A stretch of DNA of 64,000 nt, from positions 121,132 through 185,131 of the forward strand of contig CALHBJ010000008.1 of assembly GCA_937930845.1 (NCBI GenBank), written 5' to 3'. Positions 1-9,480 of this stretch are shown in pieces. This DNA is from an uncultured Rhizobiaceae group bacterium. Its GTDB lineage: Bacteria > Pseudomonadota > Alphaproteobacteria > Rhizobiales > Rhizobiaceae. Position 1 is the stretch's first letter, and each line of letters starts with the position of its first letter. Under the pieces are notes generated by a model. The model was given only the letters and a program-made list of their open reading frames with translations. It did no database searches and was not told the DNA's origin. The translations under genes were made by a program, and so were the position numbers.

Positions 1-34
1 AGGCTTATGCAAATCATCAATTGTCCCGGACCGG

Positions 35-71
35 CGAAGCCTCCTGCGTTTTCAATGCACGGGAGGCTTCG
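35..71. terminator. GC-rich hairpin downstream of rutR, probable terminator
   Basis: CGAAGCCTCC (35-44) pairs with GGAGGCTTCG (62-71); inner TGC/GCA extension. Confidence 0.5.
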
Positions 72-123
72 TTGATTCCGGGAAGTGCTGCAACCTACTG
101 ATGATTGGTGGGGGTGCCCGGTT

Positions 124-783
124 TCAATCGCTTTTCAAGCCATCAATGAACAGCAGATCAAGAAACCGCGCGGCATCTTCAAAGCGCCCTTCTCCCTTGC
201 CTGCCTGGCCCAGAACAGCACGCACCTGGGCGTCGAAATCGGCATAATGCTGGGTTGTCGCCCAAATGGCGAAGATCAGGTGATAGGGATCAAATTTCTT
301 GAGCTTGCCCGTCTGTGACCAATTGCGGATGATGCCGACTTTCTCATCAACCAATTGTTTGAGTTCATCGAATTCTTCCTTCAGGCGCGGCGCCCCTTGC
401 AGAACCTCATTGGCAAACAGCCGGCTTTCGCGTGGATAGTCCCGCGCCAGTTCGAGTTTTCGCCGGATATAGGATTTGATTTCCGCAATCGGATCGCCAT
501 CGGGGTCAATGCGCCGCAAGGGCTCCAGCCAATTGTCGAGTATGCGGTCGAGCAGATGGCGGTGGATCGCATCCTTGTTGCGGAAATAATACAGCACGTT
601 TGGTTTGGACAGACCGGCTGTATCTGCAATCTGGTCCAGTGTGGAACCACGATAGCCATGGCGGGAAAACACTTCCAGCGAGGCCTCCAGAATCAACTCT
701 TCCTTCTCCATTTGAATGCGGGTGCGCTTGAGCGTTCCTGCGGCACGGGATGGGATTTTTGAGTTCGCCAATTGCTTTCCCAA
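124..783 (-). CDS. rutR: TetR-family pyrimidine utilization regulator RutR
   Basis: TRIQ..ILEASLEVFSRHGYRGSTLDQIA..GLSKPNVLYYF HTH; C-terminal DPYHLIFAIWATTQHYADF typical of RutR; divergent from pyrimidine genes; TTG start uncertain. Confidence 0.9.
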   Translation of the reverse strand: MGKQLANSKIPSRAAGTLKRTRIQMEKEELILEASLEVFSRHGYRGSTLDQIADTAGLSKPNVLYYFRNKDAIHRHLLDRILDNWLEPLRRIDPDGDPIAEIKSYIRRKLELARDYPRESRLFANEVLQGAPRLKEEFDELKQLVDEKVGIIRNWSQTGKLKKFDPYHLIFAIWATTQHYADFDAQVRAVLGQAGKGEGRFEDAARFLDLLFIDGLKSD

Positions 784-863
784 CTTACTTTTCCAACTTT
801 GTGCTGAAAATTCAGCGTGTAGCGTATTTTACATCTTGAGGCGAGGCGCGAAAACTGCAACCT

Positions 864-879
864 TTGACCGGATGGTAAA
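864..879. promoter_or_regulatory. RutR operator
   Basis: TTGACCGGATGGTAAA matches 12/14 defined positions of the RutR consensus TTGACCAnnTGGTCAA; lies between rutR and pydC. Confidence 0.8.
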
Positions 880-935
880 TATTTTTGCCGCTATCGCCGA
901 TGCGAAAATGGCAGACCGTTTCGGGAGGGTTCGTG

Positions 936-2210
936 ATGGCAGACACTATTGACGCTGGCAGCGCCAAGCCGGGTGAAAATCTGCGCATAAATGGCGATCG
1001 CCTTTGGGATTCCATCCATGCGATTGCCGAGATTGGCCCTGGCATTGCGGGCGGATCAAACCGCCAAACGGTTACGGACGAAGACGCCGAAGGGCGCAAA
1101 CTGTTTCAATCCTGGTGTGAGGCGGCGGGCCTTACCATGGGCGTGGACCAAATGGGGACCATGTTCATGAGGAGAGAGGGAACCGACCCGGACGCACTCC
1201 CCGTCTATGTCGGTTCCCATCTCGACACTCAACCCACCGGCGGTCGATATGACGGTGTGTTGGGGGTTCTGGCGGGTCTGGAAATTGTCCGTTCTCTCAA
1301 TGACTTGGACATCAAGACCAAACATCCCATTGTTGTGACCAACTGGACCAATGAGGAAGGCACACGCTTTGCACCTGCCATGATGGCGTCTGGTGTCTTT
1401 GCCAGGCAATTCACCCAGGAATGGGCCTATGACAAAGTGGATGCCGAGGGCAAACGCTTTGGCGACGAACTGGAGCGGATCGGCTGGAAGGGCGAGGAAG
1501 TTGTGGGCGAGCGCAAGATGCACGCCTTTTTGGAACTGCATATTGAACAGGGCCCCATTCTTGAAGCCCAGGGCAAGGATATTGGCGTGGTGACCCATGG
1601 TCAGGGCCTGCGCTGGATTGAATGCACGGTGACCGGCAAAGGCCAGCACACGGGCTCTACCCCCATGCCCATGCGCCGCAATGCCGGGCGCGGTTTGGCC
1701 CAGATTACCGAACTGGTGCACAAGATTGCCATGAAGAATGCCCCCAACGCCGTGGGAGCGATTGGCCATATCGATGTCTATCCAAACTCGCGCAACATCA
1801 TTCCCGAACAGGCCGTGTTCACCATCGATTTCCGTTCCCATGAACTCGACCGGCTGAACAAGATGGTGGCGAAACTTCAAAAGAAAGCGCCCAAACTCTG
1901 CAAGAAACTTGGGCTCGAATTCTCCTGCGAAATCGTTGGTCAATTCGATCCGCCGGAATTCGACAAGACACTGGTGAGCTCGATCCGCGAAGCGGCCGAA
2001 CGCCTTGGCTATTCCCACATGGACATTATTTCAGGTGCCGGTCACGACGCCTGCTGGATTAACCGGGTTGCCCCCACTGCCATGATCATGTGCCCCTGCG
2101 TGGATGGGCTTTCCCACAATGAAGCGGAAGAAATTTCCAAGGAATGGAGCACGGCGGGAGCGGAAGTGCTGTTCCACGCGGTTGTAGAGGCTGCGGAGAT
2201 TGTGGGGTGA
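936..2210 (+). CDS. pydC: Zn-dependent N-carbamoyl-beta-alanine amidohydrolase (beta-ureidopropionase, M20 family)
   Basis: GSHLDTQPTGGRYDGVLGV, WTNEEGTRF, ELHIEQGP, SGAGHDA, GLSHNEAE motifs; GGGAGG RBS before ATG 936. Confidence 0.9.
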   Translation: MADTIDAGSAKPGENLRINGDRLWDSIHAIAEIGPGIAGGSNRQTVTDEDAEGRKLFQSWCEAAGLTMGVDQMGTMFMRREGTDPDALPVYVGSHLDTQPTGGRYDGVLGVLAGLEIVRSLNDLDIKTKHPIVVTNWTNEEGTRFAPAMMASGVFARQFTQEWAYDKVDAEGKRFGDELERIGWKGEEVVGERKMHAFLELHIEQGPILEAQGKDIGVVTHGQGLRWIECTVTGKGQHTGSTPMPMRRNAGRGLAQITELVHKIAMKNAPNAVGAIGHIDVYPNSRNIIPEQAVFTIDFRSHELDRLNKMVAKLQKKAPKLCKKLGLEFSCEIVGQFDPPEFDKTLVSSIREAAERLGYSHMDIISGAGHDACWINRVAPTAMIMCPCVDGLSHNEAEEISKEWSTAGAEVLFHAVVEAAEIVG

Positions 2211-2419
2211 GGGCGATAGGTGAGCTTTCAGATTCATTCTCACCAGCGTGGGAGGCAAGCCCTTTGTGGCAATTCGTATTTCATCTGATCTTTTTTTCGA
2301 TCTGGATTGGTACAACCATATTGTTTGGCTTGATTATACACCCAGCAATCGGTTTCATCCTTGGTGGACCACTGGCAATATTCGTTGTTTTGGAATTGGA
2401 TCGCCAGAGAAAACACTAG
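2207..2419 (+). CDS. Small putative two-TM membrane protein (70 aa)
   Basis: GTG overlaps pydC stop (GTGA); two hydrophobic stretches (WQFVFHLIFFSIWIGTTILFGLII, AIGFILGGPLAIFVVL), basic C-tail; AT-richer than its neighbours. Confidence 0.5.
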   Translation: MRAIGELSDSFSPAWEASPLWQFVFHLIFFSIWIGTTILFGLIIHPAIGFILGGPLAIFVVLELDRQRKH

Positions 2420-2494
2420 ATTGCCAGACAAAATGTGACATCCTTGGACACACTCTCTCAATGTTGGCCAAGTTCACATGCGGGATAAATGCTA

Positions 2495-2526
2495 GCAAAC
2501 AACGGAAAAATGAGTGCGTTGTTTGC
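2495..2526. other. Perfect 10-bp inverted repeat just upstream of the hydA RBS
   Basis: GCAAACAACG-N12-CGTTGTTTGC, followed by ACCACTTTTAGGAG. Confidence 0.55.
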
Positions 2527-2546
2527 ACCACTTTTAGGAGCCACCC

Positions 2547-4004
2547 ATGACCACAACCACGATCAAAAACGGTACAATCGTCACCGCCGATCTCACCTAC
2601 AAAGCCGATGTGCAAATCGAAGATGGGATCATTACGGCAATCGGCCCTAATCTCTCCGGCGGCACGGATTTGGATGCCACCGATTGCTATGTCATGCCCG
2701 GTGGCATTGACCCGCACACCCATCTGGAAATGCCTTTCATGGGTACCTATTCGTCGGATGATTTTGAATCCGGCACCCGTGCGGCATTGTCCGGTGGCAC
2801 GACGATGGTGGTGGACTTTGCCCTGCCCGCGCCTGGCCAATCCCTGCTGGAGGCCATCCAGATGTGGGATAATAAATCCACCCGCGCAAACTGCGACTAT
2901 TCCTTCCACATGGCGATCACCTGGTGGGGTGAACAGGTTTTCAACGAGATGGAAACCGTGGTCAAAGACAAGGGCATCAACACGTTCAAACATTTTCTCG
3001 CCTATAAGGGCGCACTGATGGTGAATGATGATGAATTGTATTCATCGTTTCAGCGCTGCGCAGAACTGGGCGCGACACCCATGGTGCATGCGGAAAACGG
3101 TGATGTGGTGGCCGAACTCTCCGCCAAGCTGTTGGCCGAAGGCAATACGGGACCGGAGGCTCATGCCTATTCGCGCCCACCCCAGGTGGAAGGCGAAGCC
3201 ACCAACCGTGCCATCATGATTGCTGATATGGCAGGGGCGCCGCTTTATGTGGTGCACACATCTTGTGAGGAATCCCATGAAGCGATCCGCCGGGCAAAAC
3301 AGCAAGGCAAGCGGGTCTGGGGCGAGCCGCTTATTCAGCACCTGACGCTCGATGAGAGCGAATATTTCAACAAGGATTGGGACCATGCCGCACGGCGAGT
3401 GATGTCGCCCCCTTTCCGCAATAAGCAACATCAGGATTCTCTTTGGGCGGGGCTGCAATCCGGTTCGCTTTCAGTAGTTGCAACAGACCATTGCGCCTTC
3501 ACCACCGAGCAGAAACGCTATGGTGTTGGAGACTTCACAAAAATCCCCAATGGCACGGGCGGGCTTGAAGACCGCATGCCCATGTTGTGGACCTATGGCG
3601 TTTCAACGGGCCGGTTGACCATGAATGAATTTGTGGCCGTGACCTCCACCAATATTGCGAAAATCATGAACATGTATCCAAAGAAGGGTGCCATTCTGGT
3701 GGGTTCCGATGCGGATATTGTGGTGTGGGATCCCGCCAAGGAAAAAACCATCGCCGCCGACAAGCAGCAGTCGGCCATCGACTATAATGTGTTTGAAGGC
3801 AAACACGTCAAAGGCCTGCCGCGCTATACGCTCTCACGGGGGCATGCGTCGGTGATGGACGGTGAGGTACAAACACAGGAAGGGCACGGCAAATTTGTCA
3901 AACGTACGGCCAATGGCACGGTCAACAAAGCGCTTTCCACCTGGAAAGAACTGACCAACCCCACACCGGTGGAACGCACTGGCATTCCGGCAAGTGGGGT
4001 TTGA
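2547..4004 (+). CDS. hydA: Dihydropyrimidinase
   Basis: PGGIDPHTH, NTFKHF (carboxylated Lys region), MVHAENG, VVHTS, ATDHC motifs; AGGAG RBS. Confidence 0.95.
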   Translation: MTTTTIKNGTIVTADLTYKADVQIEDGIITAIGPNLSGGTDLDATDCYVMPGGIDPHTHLEMPFMGTYSSDDFESGTRAALSGGTTMVVDFALPAPGQSLLEAIQMWDNKSTRANCDYSFHMAITWWGEQVFNEMETVVKDKGINTFKHFLAYKGALMVNDDELYSSFQRCAELGATPMVHAENGDVVAELSAKLLAEGNTGPEAHAYSRPPQVEGEATNRAIMIADMAGAPLYVVHTSCEESHEAIRRAKQQGKRVWGEPLIQHLTLDESEYFNKDWDHAARRVMSPPFRNKQHQDSLWAGLQSGSLSVVATDHCAFTTEQKRYGVGDFTKIPNGTGGLEDRMPMLWTYGVSTGRLTMNEFVAVTSTNIAKIMNMYPKKGAILVGSDADIVVWDPAKEKTIAADKQQSAIDYNVFEGKHVKGLPRYTLSRGHASVMDGEVQTQEGHGKFVKRTANGTVNKALSTWKELTNPTPVERTGIPASGV

Positions 4005-4905
4005 GTTGACCATCTTTGAAGGCCTCTCTGCTTTTCCTGTCACGCCTGCCGATTGCGAGGGTGTGGTTGATTGTGACCATTTCGGCCGACTGATCGACCA
4101 TCTTAGCCGCGATGGAATCGCGTCCATCGGCGTGCTGGGGTCGACCGGCGGCTATATGTATTTGACTACAGACGAACGCAGTCGCGCTATTGCCATTGCC
4201 GTTGAAGCTGCTGGCACGACACCTGTACTGGCGGGAATAGGCGCGTTGCGCACGAACGATGTGATTGCCAATGCCCGCAACGCGAAAATGGCAGGGGCAC
4301 AGGGTTTGCTGCTGGCTCCGGTTTCTTATCTTCCATTGACGAATGCAGACGTTGATTCACTCGTTCAAGACGTGGCCGATGCAACCGATCTTCCCATTTG
4401 TTTTTACAACAACCCGGGCACAACAAAATTCAATCTGAGTGAAGACCATTTGGTACGATTGGCCAATGCGGGCACGATCTCTGCGGTGAAAAATCCACCC
4501 GCGCCGGAAGGTGATTTTACCGGCCAGATCAACCGGCTGCGTGCCGCCGTCCCTTCCGATTTCTGCCTGGGTTATTCCGGTGATGCATCAATTTCCGAGG
4601 CATTGGCGGCAGGCGCTGATGCTTGGTATTCTGTGCTTGCAGGCACGCTGCCTAACATTGCAGTTGAACTTTGGAATGCACGCGCCGACACAACGAAACT
4701 GTCGGCTATGAATGCGCGCCTTGCCCCCCTTTGGCGCTTGTTTGATGCCCATGGAAGCATTCGCGTCATTCACGAAATCGTCGACATGGTCGGCTTGGGC
4801 GATGTCAAACTACCACCCCCGCTCTTGCCGCTAAACACGGCCGTGCGCAGCGACATTGAAAACGCATTGAGCGCGATGGAAATTAAAAAGAGTATGGCTG
4901 CATGA
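3994..4905 (+). CDS. DapA/NanA-like class I aldolase family protein (not canonical DapA)
   Basis: LGSTGG, FYNNP, AVKNP (Schiff-base Lys); lacks the DapA GTTGE and YNVPxRT Arg. Confidence 0.8.
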   Translation: MGFELTIFEGLSAFPVTPADCEGVVDCDHFGRLIDHLSRDGIASIGVLGSTGGYMYLTTDERSRAIAIAVEAAGTTPVLAGIGALRTNDVIANARNAKMAGAQGLLLAPVSYLPLTNADVDSLVQDVADATDLPICFYNNPGTTKFNLSEDHLVRLANAGTISAVKNPPAPEGDFTGQINRLRAAVPSDFCLGYSGDASISEALAAGADAWYSVLAGTLPNIAVELWNARADTTKLSAMNARLAPLWRLFDAHGSIRVIHEIVDMVGLGDVKLPPPLLPLNTAVRSDIENALSAMEIKKSMAA

Positions 4906-5678
4906 CCGTCGTTTCAGCCTCAAATCTCTCCCTCACTTTTGAAACAAATGATGGTCCTGTCCATGCGCTGAAGGATGTTGATTTATCGGTTGAGCAAGGT
5001 GATTTCGTTTCGTTTATTGGCCCGTCCGGTTGTGGCAAGACCACATTTTTGCGGGTAATCGCTGACCTTGAACAGCCAACCGGTGGCTCAATCAGTGTCA
5101 ACGGCATGACGCCGCAAGAGGCGCGGATGAAGCGGGCTTATGGCTATGTGTTTCAGGCAGCGTCTCTTTTGCCCTGGCGCACGATTGAGAAAAACATCGC
5201 CGTGCCACTGGAAATCATGGGGCTTTCCAAAAGCGATCAGCGGGTGCGAATTGACCGGGTTCTGGGACTGGTGGACCTCGCTAATTTCGGCAAGAAATAT
5301 CCTTGGCAACTTTCCGGTGGCATGCAGCAGCGGGCCTCCATCGCCCGGGCGCTGGCATTCGATGCAGACCTATTGCTGATGGACGAGCCGTTCGGGGCGC
5401 TGGATGAAATTGTCCGTGACCACCTCAATGAACAATTGCTGGAATTGTGGGCGCGGACAAACAAGACCATTTGTTTTGTTACCCATTCCATTCCCGAAGC
5501 GGTGTATTTGTCGACCAAGATCGTCGTCATGTCGCCGCGCCCTGGGCGTGTGACAGACGTGATCGAATCCACATTACCGAAAGAGCGCCCGCTGGAAATT
5601 CGCGAAAGCACTGAATTCCTCAAAATCGCGCATCGGGTGCGAGAGGGTTTGCGGGCGGGGCATTCCTATGATGAGTGA
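4902..5678 (+). CDS. ABC transporter ATP-binding protein (NitT/TauT family, pyrimidine uptake)
   Basis: Walker A GPSGCGKT, LSGGMQQR signature, LLMDEPF, VTHS. Confidence 0.93.
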   Translation: MTVVSASNLSLTFETNDGPVHALKDVDLSVEQGDFVSFIGPSGCGKTTFLRVIADLEQPTGGSISVNGMTPQEARMKRAYGYVFQAASLLPWRTIEKNIAVPLEIMGLSKSDQRVRIDRVLGLVDLANFGKKYPWQLSGGMQQRASIARALAFDADLLLMDEPFGALDEIVRDHLNEQLLELWARTNKTICFVTHSIPEAVYLSTKIVVMSPRPGRVTDVIESTLPKERPLEIRESTEFLKIAHRVREGLRAGHSYDE

Positions 5679-6147
5679 TGTAGTGGTTCGGCAAGGCGTG
5701 CAAAATGATCTGTCAACATGCGCCCAGATCATCAATGACTGGATCGATGCCACCCATTGGATGCCGCGAATTGCTCCAGCGCAGGAAATTGCCGCCAATT
5801 TTGAACCATCGCTTCTGGAAAAGAGATATTTCCTGGTTGCGGAAATTGAAGGAAAAGTGGCGGGATATCTGTCGGCTGACGCCCAGGAGAGCCATATTCA
5901 TGGCTTCTATGTCGCCGATGGGTTTCGCAATTGTGGTGCCGGTACGGCGCTGATGGATGAAACCAAGAAAACGTTCCCCCAGGGCTTGCAGTTGTGGACA
6001 CATCAGCCGAACACCGGGGCACAGAAATTTTATGAGCGGCACGGCTTTCAAGAAGTTCGCCGCACCAGTGGCGACAATCCAGAAAACTTGCCTGACATTC
6101 TCTACCGTTGGAAATCGAACTGGAAACCGGTGGATATGTCCGCATGA
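5668..6147 (+). CDS. GNAT-family N-acetyltransferase
   Basis: FYVADGFRNCGAGTALM (motif A), NTGAQKFYERHGF (motif B); overlaps both neighbours. Confidence 0.85.
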   Translation: MMSDVVVRQGVQNDLSTCAQIINDWIDATHWMPRIAPAQEIAANFEPSLLEKRYFLVAEIEGKVAGYLSADAQESHIHGFYVADGFRNCGAGTALMDETKKTFPQGLQLWTHQPNTGAQKFYERHGFQEVRRTSGDNPENLPDILYRWKSNWKPVDMSA

Positions 6148-7022
6148 CATCCAAGGGCAAAACCATCCCTGTTCTCACCATTGTCACGGTTATCGTGGTG
6201 ATCTGGTATGTTTGTGTTGTGTGGATGAATGCCCAGTTCGTGTATGATCAGGCGGAACGAGCAAAGGTGGAACCGCCGGCGTTTTCGCAGCTTGTTGTCA
6301 CAACCATGTCCCAGGACCGGCCCGTGTTGCCGGCACCCCATCAGGTGGGGCAGGAATTGTGGAAGACAACAGTGGGCAAAAAGATCACGTCCAAACGGTC
6401 GCTCGTCTATCACGCCTGGATAACGCTTTCGGCCACCTTGCTGGGCTTCATAATTGGCACCGCCCTTGGCATCGCATTGGCGGTTGGCATCGTGCACAAC
6501 CGGGCTATGGATAAGTCGGTGATGCCCTGGGTCATCACTTCACAGACGATCCCCATTCTGGCCATAGCCCCAATGATCATTGTGGTGTTGAACGCCGTTG
6601 GGATTTCGGGCCTTTTGCCGAAAGCGCTGATCTCCACCTATCTGTCATTCTTTCCCATTGTGGTGGGTATGGTGAAAGGATTGCGGTCTCCCGATGCGGC
6701 GCAATTGGACCTGATGCATACCTATCATGCCAGTGCGGCCCAAACTTTTTGGAAACTGCGCTGGCCTTCCTCCATGCCCTATCTGTTCACGTCCCTGAAA
6801 ATCGCCGTTGCCATTTCTCTGGTTGGGGCAATTGTTGGTGAGCTTCCAACAGGCGCGGTTGCAGGTCTTGGTGCCCGTATGCTGGCTGGATCCTATTATG
6901 GCCAGACCATTCAGATCTGGTCGGCCCTGTTCATGGCCGCAGCGCTGGCGGCGCTTTTGGTCATGTGTGTGGGATTGGCACAAAGCTTCGTCTTGCGTCG
7001 CATGGGGGAGAAACCGGCATGA
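6144..7022 (+). CDS. ABC transporter permease
   Basis: TM helices, SQTIPILAIAP, EAA-like loop KGLRSPD..LDLMHTY, IVGEL; ATGA overlap with GNAT. Confidence 0.9.
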   Translation: MTSKGKTIPVLTIVTVIVVIWYVCVVWMNAQFVYDQAERAKVEPPAFSQLVVTTMSQDRPVLPAPHQVGQELWKTTVGKKITSKRSLVYHAWITLSATLLGFIIGTALGIALAVGIVHNRAMDKSVMPWVITSQTIPILAIAPMIIVVLNAVGISGLLPKALISTYLSFFPIVVGMVKGLRSPDAAQLDLMHTYHASAAQTFWKLRWPSSMPYLFTSLKIAVAISLVGAIVGELPTGAVAGLGARMLAGSYYGQTIQIWSALFMAAALAALLVMCVGLAQSFVLRRMGEKPA

Positions 7023-7474
7023 CGGTTTGGCGGCCCCAACCGAAGATTATGGTCAAGGCACTTGGTCTGCTGATACGCGGCAAAAGCCTGTTTGCGGCCG
7101 AAGTCGTCAACGATGCTGGTGTTACAAAAGGAGTTCGCCCCCTGGGTGGCTCGGTTGAGTTTGGCGAAACCTGGCAGACGGCACTGGTAAGAGAGTTTCG
7201 CGAGGAACTCTCTGTCACGGCAGAAGTGACGGGCGCACCTATTGTGCTGGAGAATATCTTCACCCACGAGGACGCGCAGGGTCACGAGATCATCTTTGCT
7301 GCACGCATTCGTCTGCTAGAAAACGAGATACCCGGACCGGTAGTTCATTTTCAGGAAGACAATGGCGATACCTGCACAGCGCGATGGTTCGACATTTCCA
7401 AATTGAGCACGATGCACGGACCTGAACTCTTCCCGGTTGGTTTAAAGAGTGCACTTGAAGGGGAATTGGCATGA
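7019..7474 (+). CDS. NUDIX hydrolase
   Basis: Nudix box GGSVEFGETWQTALVREFREEL; ATGA overlaps on both sides. Confidence 0.88.
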   Translation: MTVWRPQPKIMVKALGLLIRGKSLFAAEVVNDAGVTKGVRPLGGSVEFGETWQTALVREFREELSVTAEVTGAPIVLENIFTHEDAQGHEIIFAARIRLLENEIPGPVVHFQEDNGDTCTARWFDISKLSTMHGPELFPVGLKSALEGELA

Positions 7475-8337
7475 CCCTTGTAATCGCAGCATTGCTTTTC
7501 TGGCTGGCAGCTTGGTGGATAAACCAGCGGCTGGTTACTGTTGATCCGGGTCTCAACAATTCGCTGCGGCGTACCATTGATCTGGCTGTTCCCATTATCT
7601 TTGGGATTACCATATTTGTGGTGTGGGAATTGCTGGTGCGCGGGCTCAATGTGCCATTTGTCCTGCTGCCGCCACCTTCCATGATCTGGGCGCGGATCAT
7701 CAGTTCGGTGCCCACCTTGTGGGCGGACTTTCAGCAGACTTTCTTGAAGGCGGCCCTTATTGGCTATGTGCTTGGTTGCGGTTCAGGTTTCATTGTTGCC
7801 CTGCTCGTTGACCGTTCGCCCTTCCTGCAACGCGGGTTGTTGCCCATTGGCAATTTTGTATCCGCGCTGCCGATCATTGGCGTGGCACCCATTATGGTGA
7901 TGTGGTTTGGTTTTGACTGGCAGTCCAAGGCTGCTGTTGTGGTGGTCATGACCTTCTTTCCCATGCTGGTGAATACGGTTCAGGGGCTGGCATCGGCAGG
8001 TGCCATGGAACGTGACCTCATGCGCACTTATGCGGGCTCGTGGTCGCAGACACTCACCAAGTTACGGCTGCCTGCTGCGGCACCGTTCATATTCAACGCA
8101 TTGAAAATCAATTCCACCCTTGCGCTGATCGGTGCAATCGTGGCTGAATTCTTTGGTACTCCCATTGTCGGCATGGGCTTTCGCATCTCAACAGAGGTCG
8201 GGCGCATGAATGTCGATATGGTATGGGCCGAGATCGCGGTGGCCGCTCTTGCTGGTTCCGCATTTTACGGGGGCGTGGCGCTCATCGAAAGGGCCGTCAC
8301 TTTTTGGCATCCGTCCATCCGTTCTGGAAGGACATGA
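7471..8337 (+). CDS. ABC transporter permease
   Basis: TM helices, FFPMLVNTVQGL, RDLMRTY, IVAEFFG. Confidence 0.9.
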   Translation: MTLVIAALLFWLAAWWINQRLVTVDPGLNNSLRRTIDLAVPIIFGITIFVVWELLVRGLNVPFVLLPPPSMIWARIISSVPTLWADFQQTFLKAALIGYVLGCGSGFIVALLVDRSPFLQRGLLPIGNFVSALPIIGVAPIMVMWFGFDWQSKAAVVVVMTFFPMLVNTVQGLASAGAMERDLMRTYAGSWSQTLTKLRLPAAAPFIFNALKINSTLALIGAIVAEFFGTPIVGMGFRISTEVGRMNVDMVWAEIAVAALAGSAFYGGVALIERAVTFWHPSIRSGRT

Positions 8338-8351
8338 TAAGGAGACTGATT

Positions 8352-9341
8352 ATGAAGAAACTCGCACTCTTGCTTGCTGCCGGGGCGCTGTCGATGACCA
8401 CGGTGATGGCCAATGCTGCCGACAAGGTTACACTACAGCTTAAATGGGTCACGCAGGCCCAGTTCGCCGGTTATTACGTGGCAAAGGACAAAGGCTTCTA
8501 CAAGGAAGAAGACCTCGACATCGAAATCAAACCTGGCGGCCCCGACATTGCGCCAGCCCAGGTTCTGGCTGGCGGTGGTGCTGATGTGGTTCTTGACTGG
8601 ATGCCCTCGGCTCTTGCCACACGGGAAAAAGGCGTACCGCTGGTCAACATTGCCCAGCCGTTCAAATCATCGGGCATGATGCTCACATGTCGCAAGGATT
8701 CCGGCATCAAGACCCCGGCTGATTTCAAAGGAAAAACACTTGGTGTGTGGTTCTTCGGCAATGAATATCCGTTCCTGTCTTGGATGAGCAAACTTGGCAT
8801 TGCCACAGATGGCTCCGCCAATGGCGTTAAGGTTCTGAAACAGGGCTTCAACGTGGACCCAATCCTGCAAAAGCAGGCGGCTTGCGTTTCCACCATGACC
8901 TATAATGAATATTGGCAGATCATTGATGCCGGTTTGAGTGCCGATGACCTGGTGGTTTTCAAATATGAAGATCAAGGCGTGGCAACACTTGAAGACGGCA
9001 TTTACGTGCTGGAAGACAACCTCAAGGACGCGGCGTTTAAAGACCGTATGGTGCGTTTTGTACGTGCATCCATGAAGGGCTGGAAATATGCCGAAGCCAA
9101 TCCCGACGAGGCTGCAGAAATCGTACTGGAAAATGATGCCTCCGGTGCTCAAACCGAAAAACACCAGAAGCGCATGATGGGCGAGATTGCCAAGCTGACC
9201 GCCGGGTCAAATGGCGCACTCGATCCAGCTGATTATGAGCGCACGGTTGCAACATTGCTGGCAGCGGGTTCTGATCCGGTCATCACCAAGGCACCTGAAG
9301 GGGCCTGGACTTCGGAAATTACTGACGCCGCATTGAAATAG
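8352..9341 (+). CDS. ABC substrate-binding protein, NMT1/THI5-like (pyrimidine binding)
   Basis: Signal peptide MKKLALLLAAGAL..A; LQLKWVTQAQFAGYYVA motif; AGGAG RBS. Confidence 0.9.
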   Translation: MKKLALLLAAGALSMTTVMANAADKVTLQLKWVTQAQFAGYYVAKDKGFYKEEDLDIEIKPGGPDIAPAQVLAGGGADVVLDWMPSALATREKGVPLVNIAQPFKSSGMMLTCRKDSGIKTPADFKGKTLGVWFFGNEYPFLSWMSKLGIATDGSANGVKVLKQGFNVDPILQKQAACVSTMTYNEYWQIIDAGLSADDLVVFKYEDQGVATLEDGIYVLEDNLKDAAFKDRMVRFVRASMKGWKYAEANPDEAAEIVLENDASGAQTEKHQKRMMGEIAKLTAGSNGALDPADYERTVATLLAAGSDPVITKAPEGAWTSEITDAALK

Positions 9342-9442
9342 GCGTGTCATTGCCAAACCCAAAACTGAATGTTGGTGAGGGAATTGACGCGACTGCGGGG
9401 CTGATCGATCAGTTTTGAATTGATCCGACCACTTGCAACACG

Positions 9443-9480
9443 AAAAGGGGCGACCACCGGTTTCGGTGGCCGCCCTTTTT
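9443..9480. terminator. Bidirectional intrinsic terminator
   Basis: AAAAGGGGCGACCACCG-GTTT-CGGTGGCCGCCCTTTTT between convergent operons. Confidence 0.8.

Noticed and set aside
1056-2018. Long antisense ORFs (also 15086-15772, 20116-20910, 30436-31275, 53909-54862, 2355-2993)
   Set aside because: They lie wholly opposite well-supported genes, have no motifs, and are expected shadows in GC-rich coding DNA.
3994-4905. Calling this gene dapA because dapD and dapE are in the window
   Set aside because: Lacks DapA-specific residues and lies in the RutR operon.
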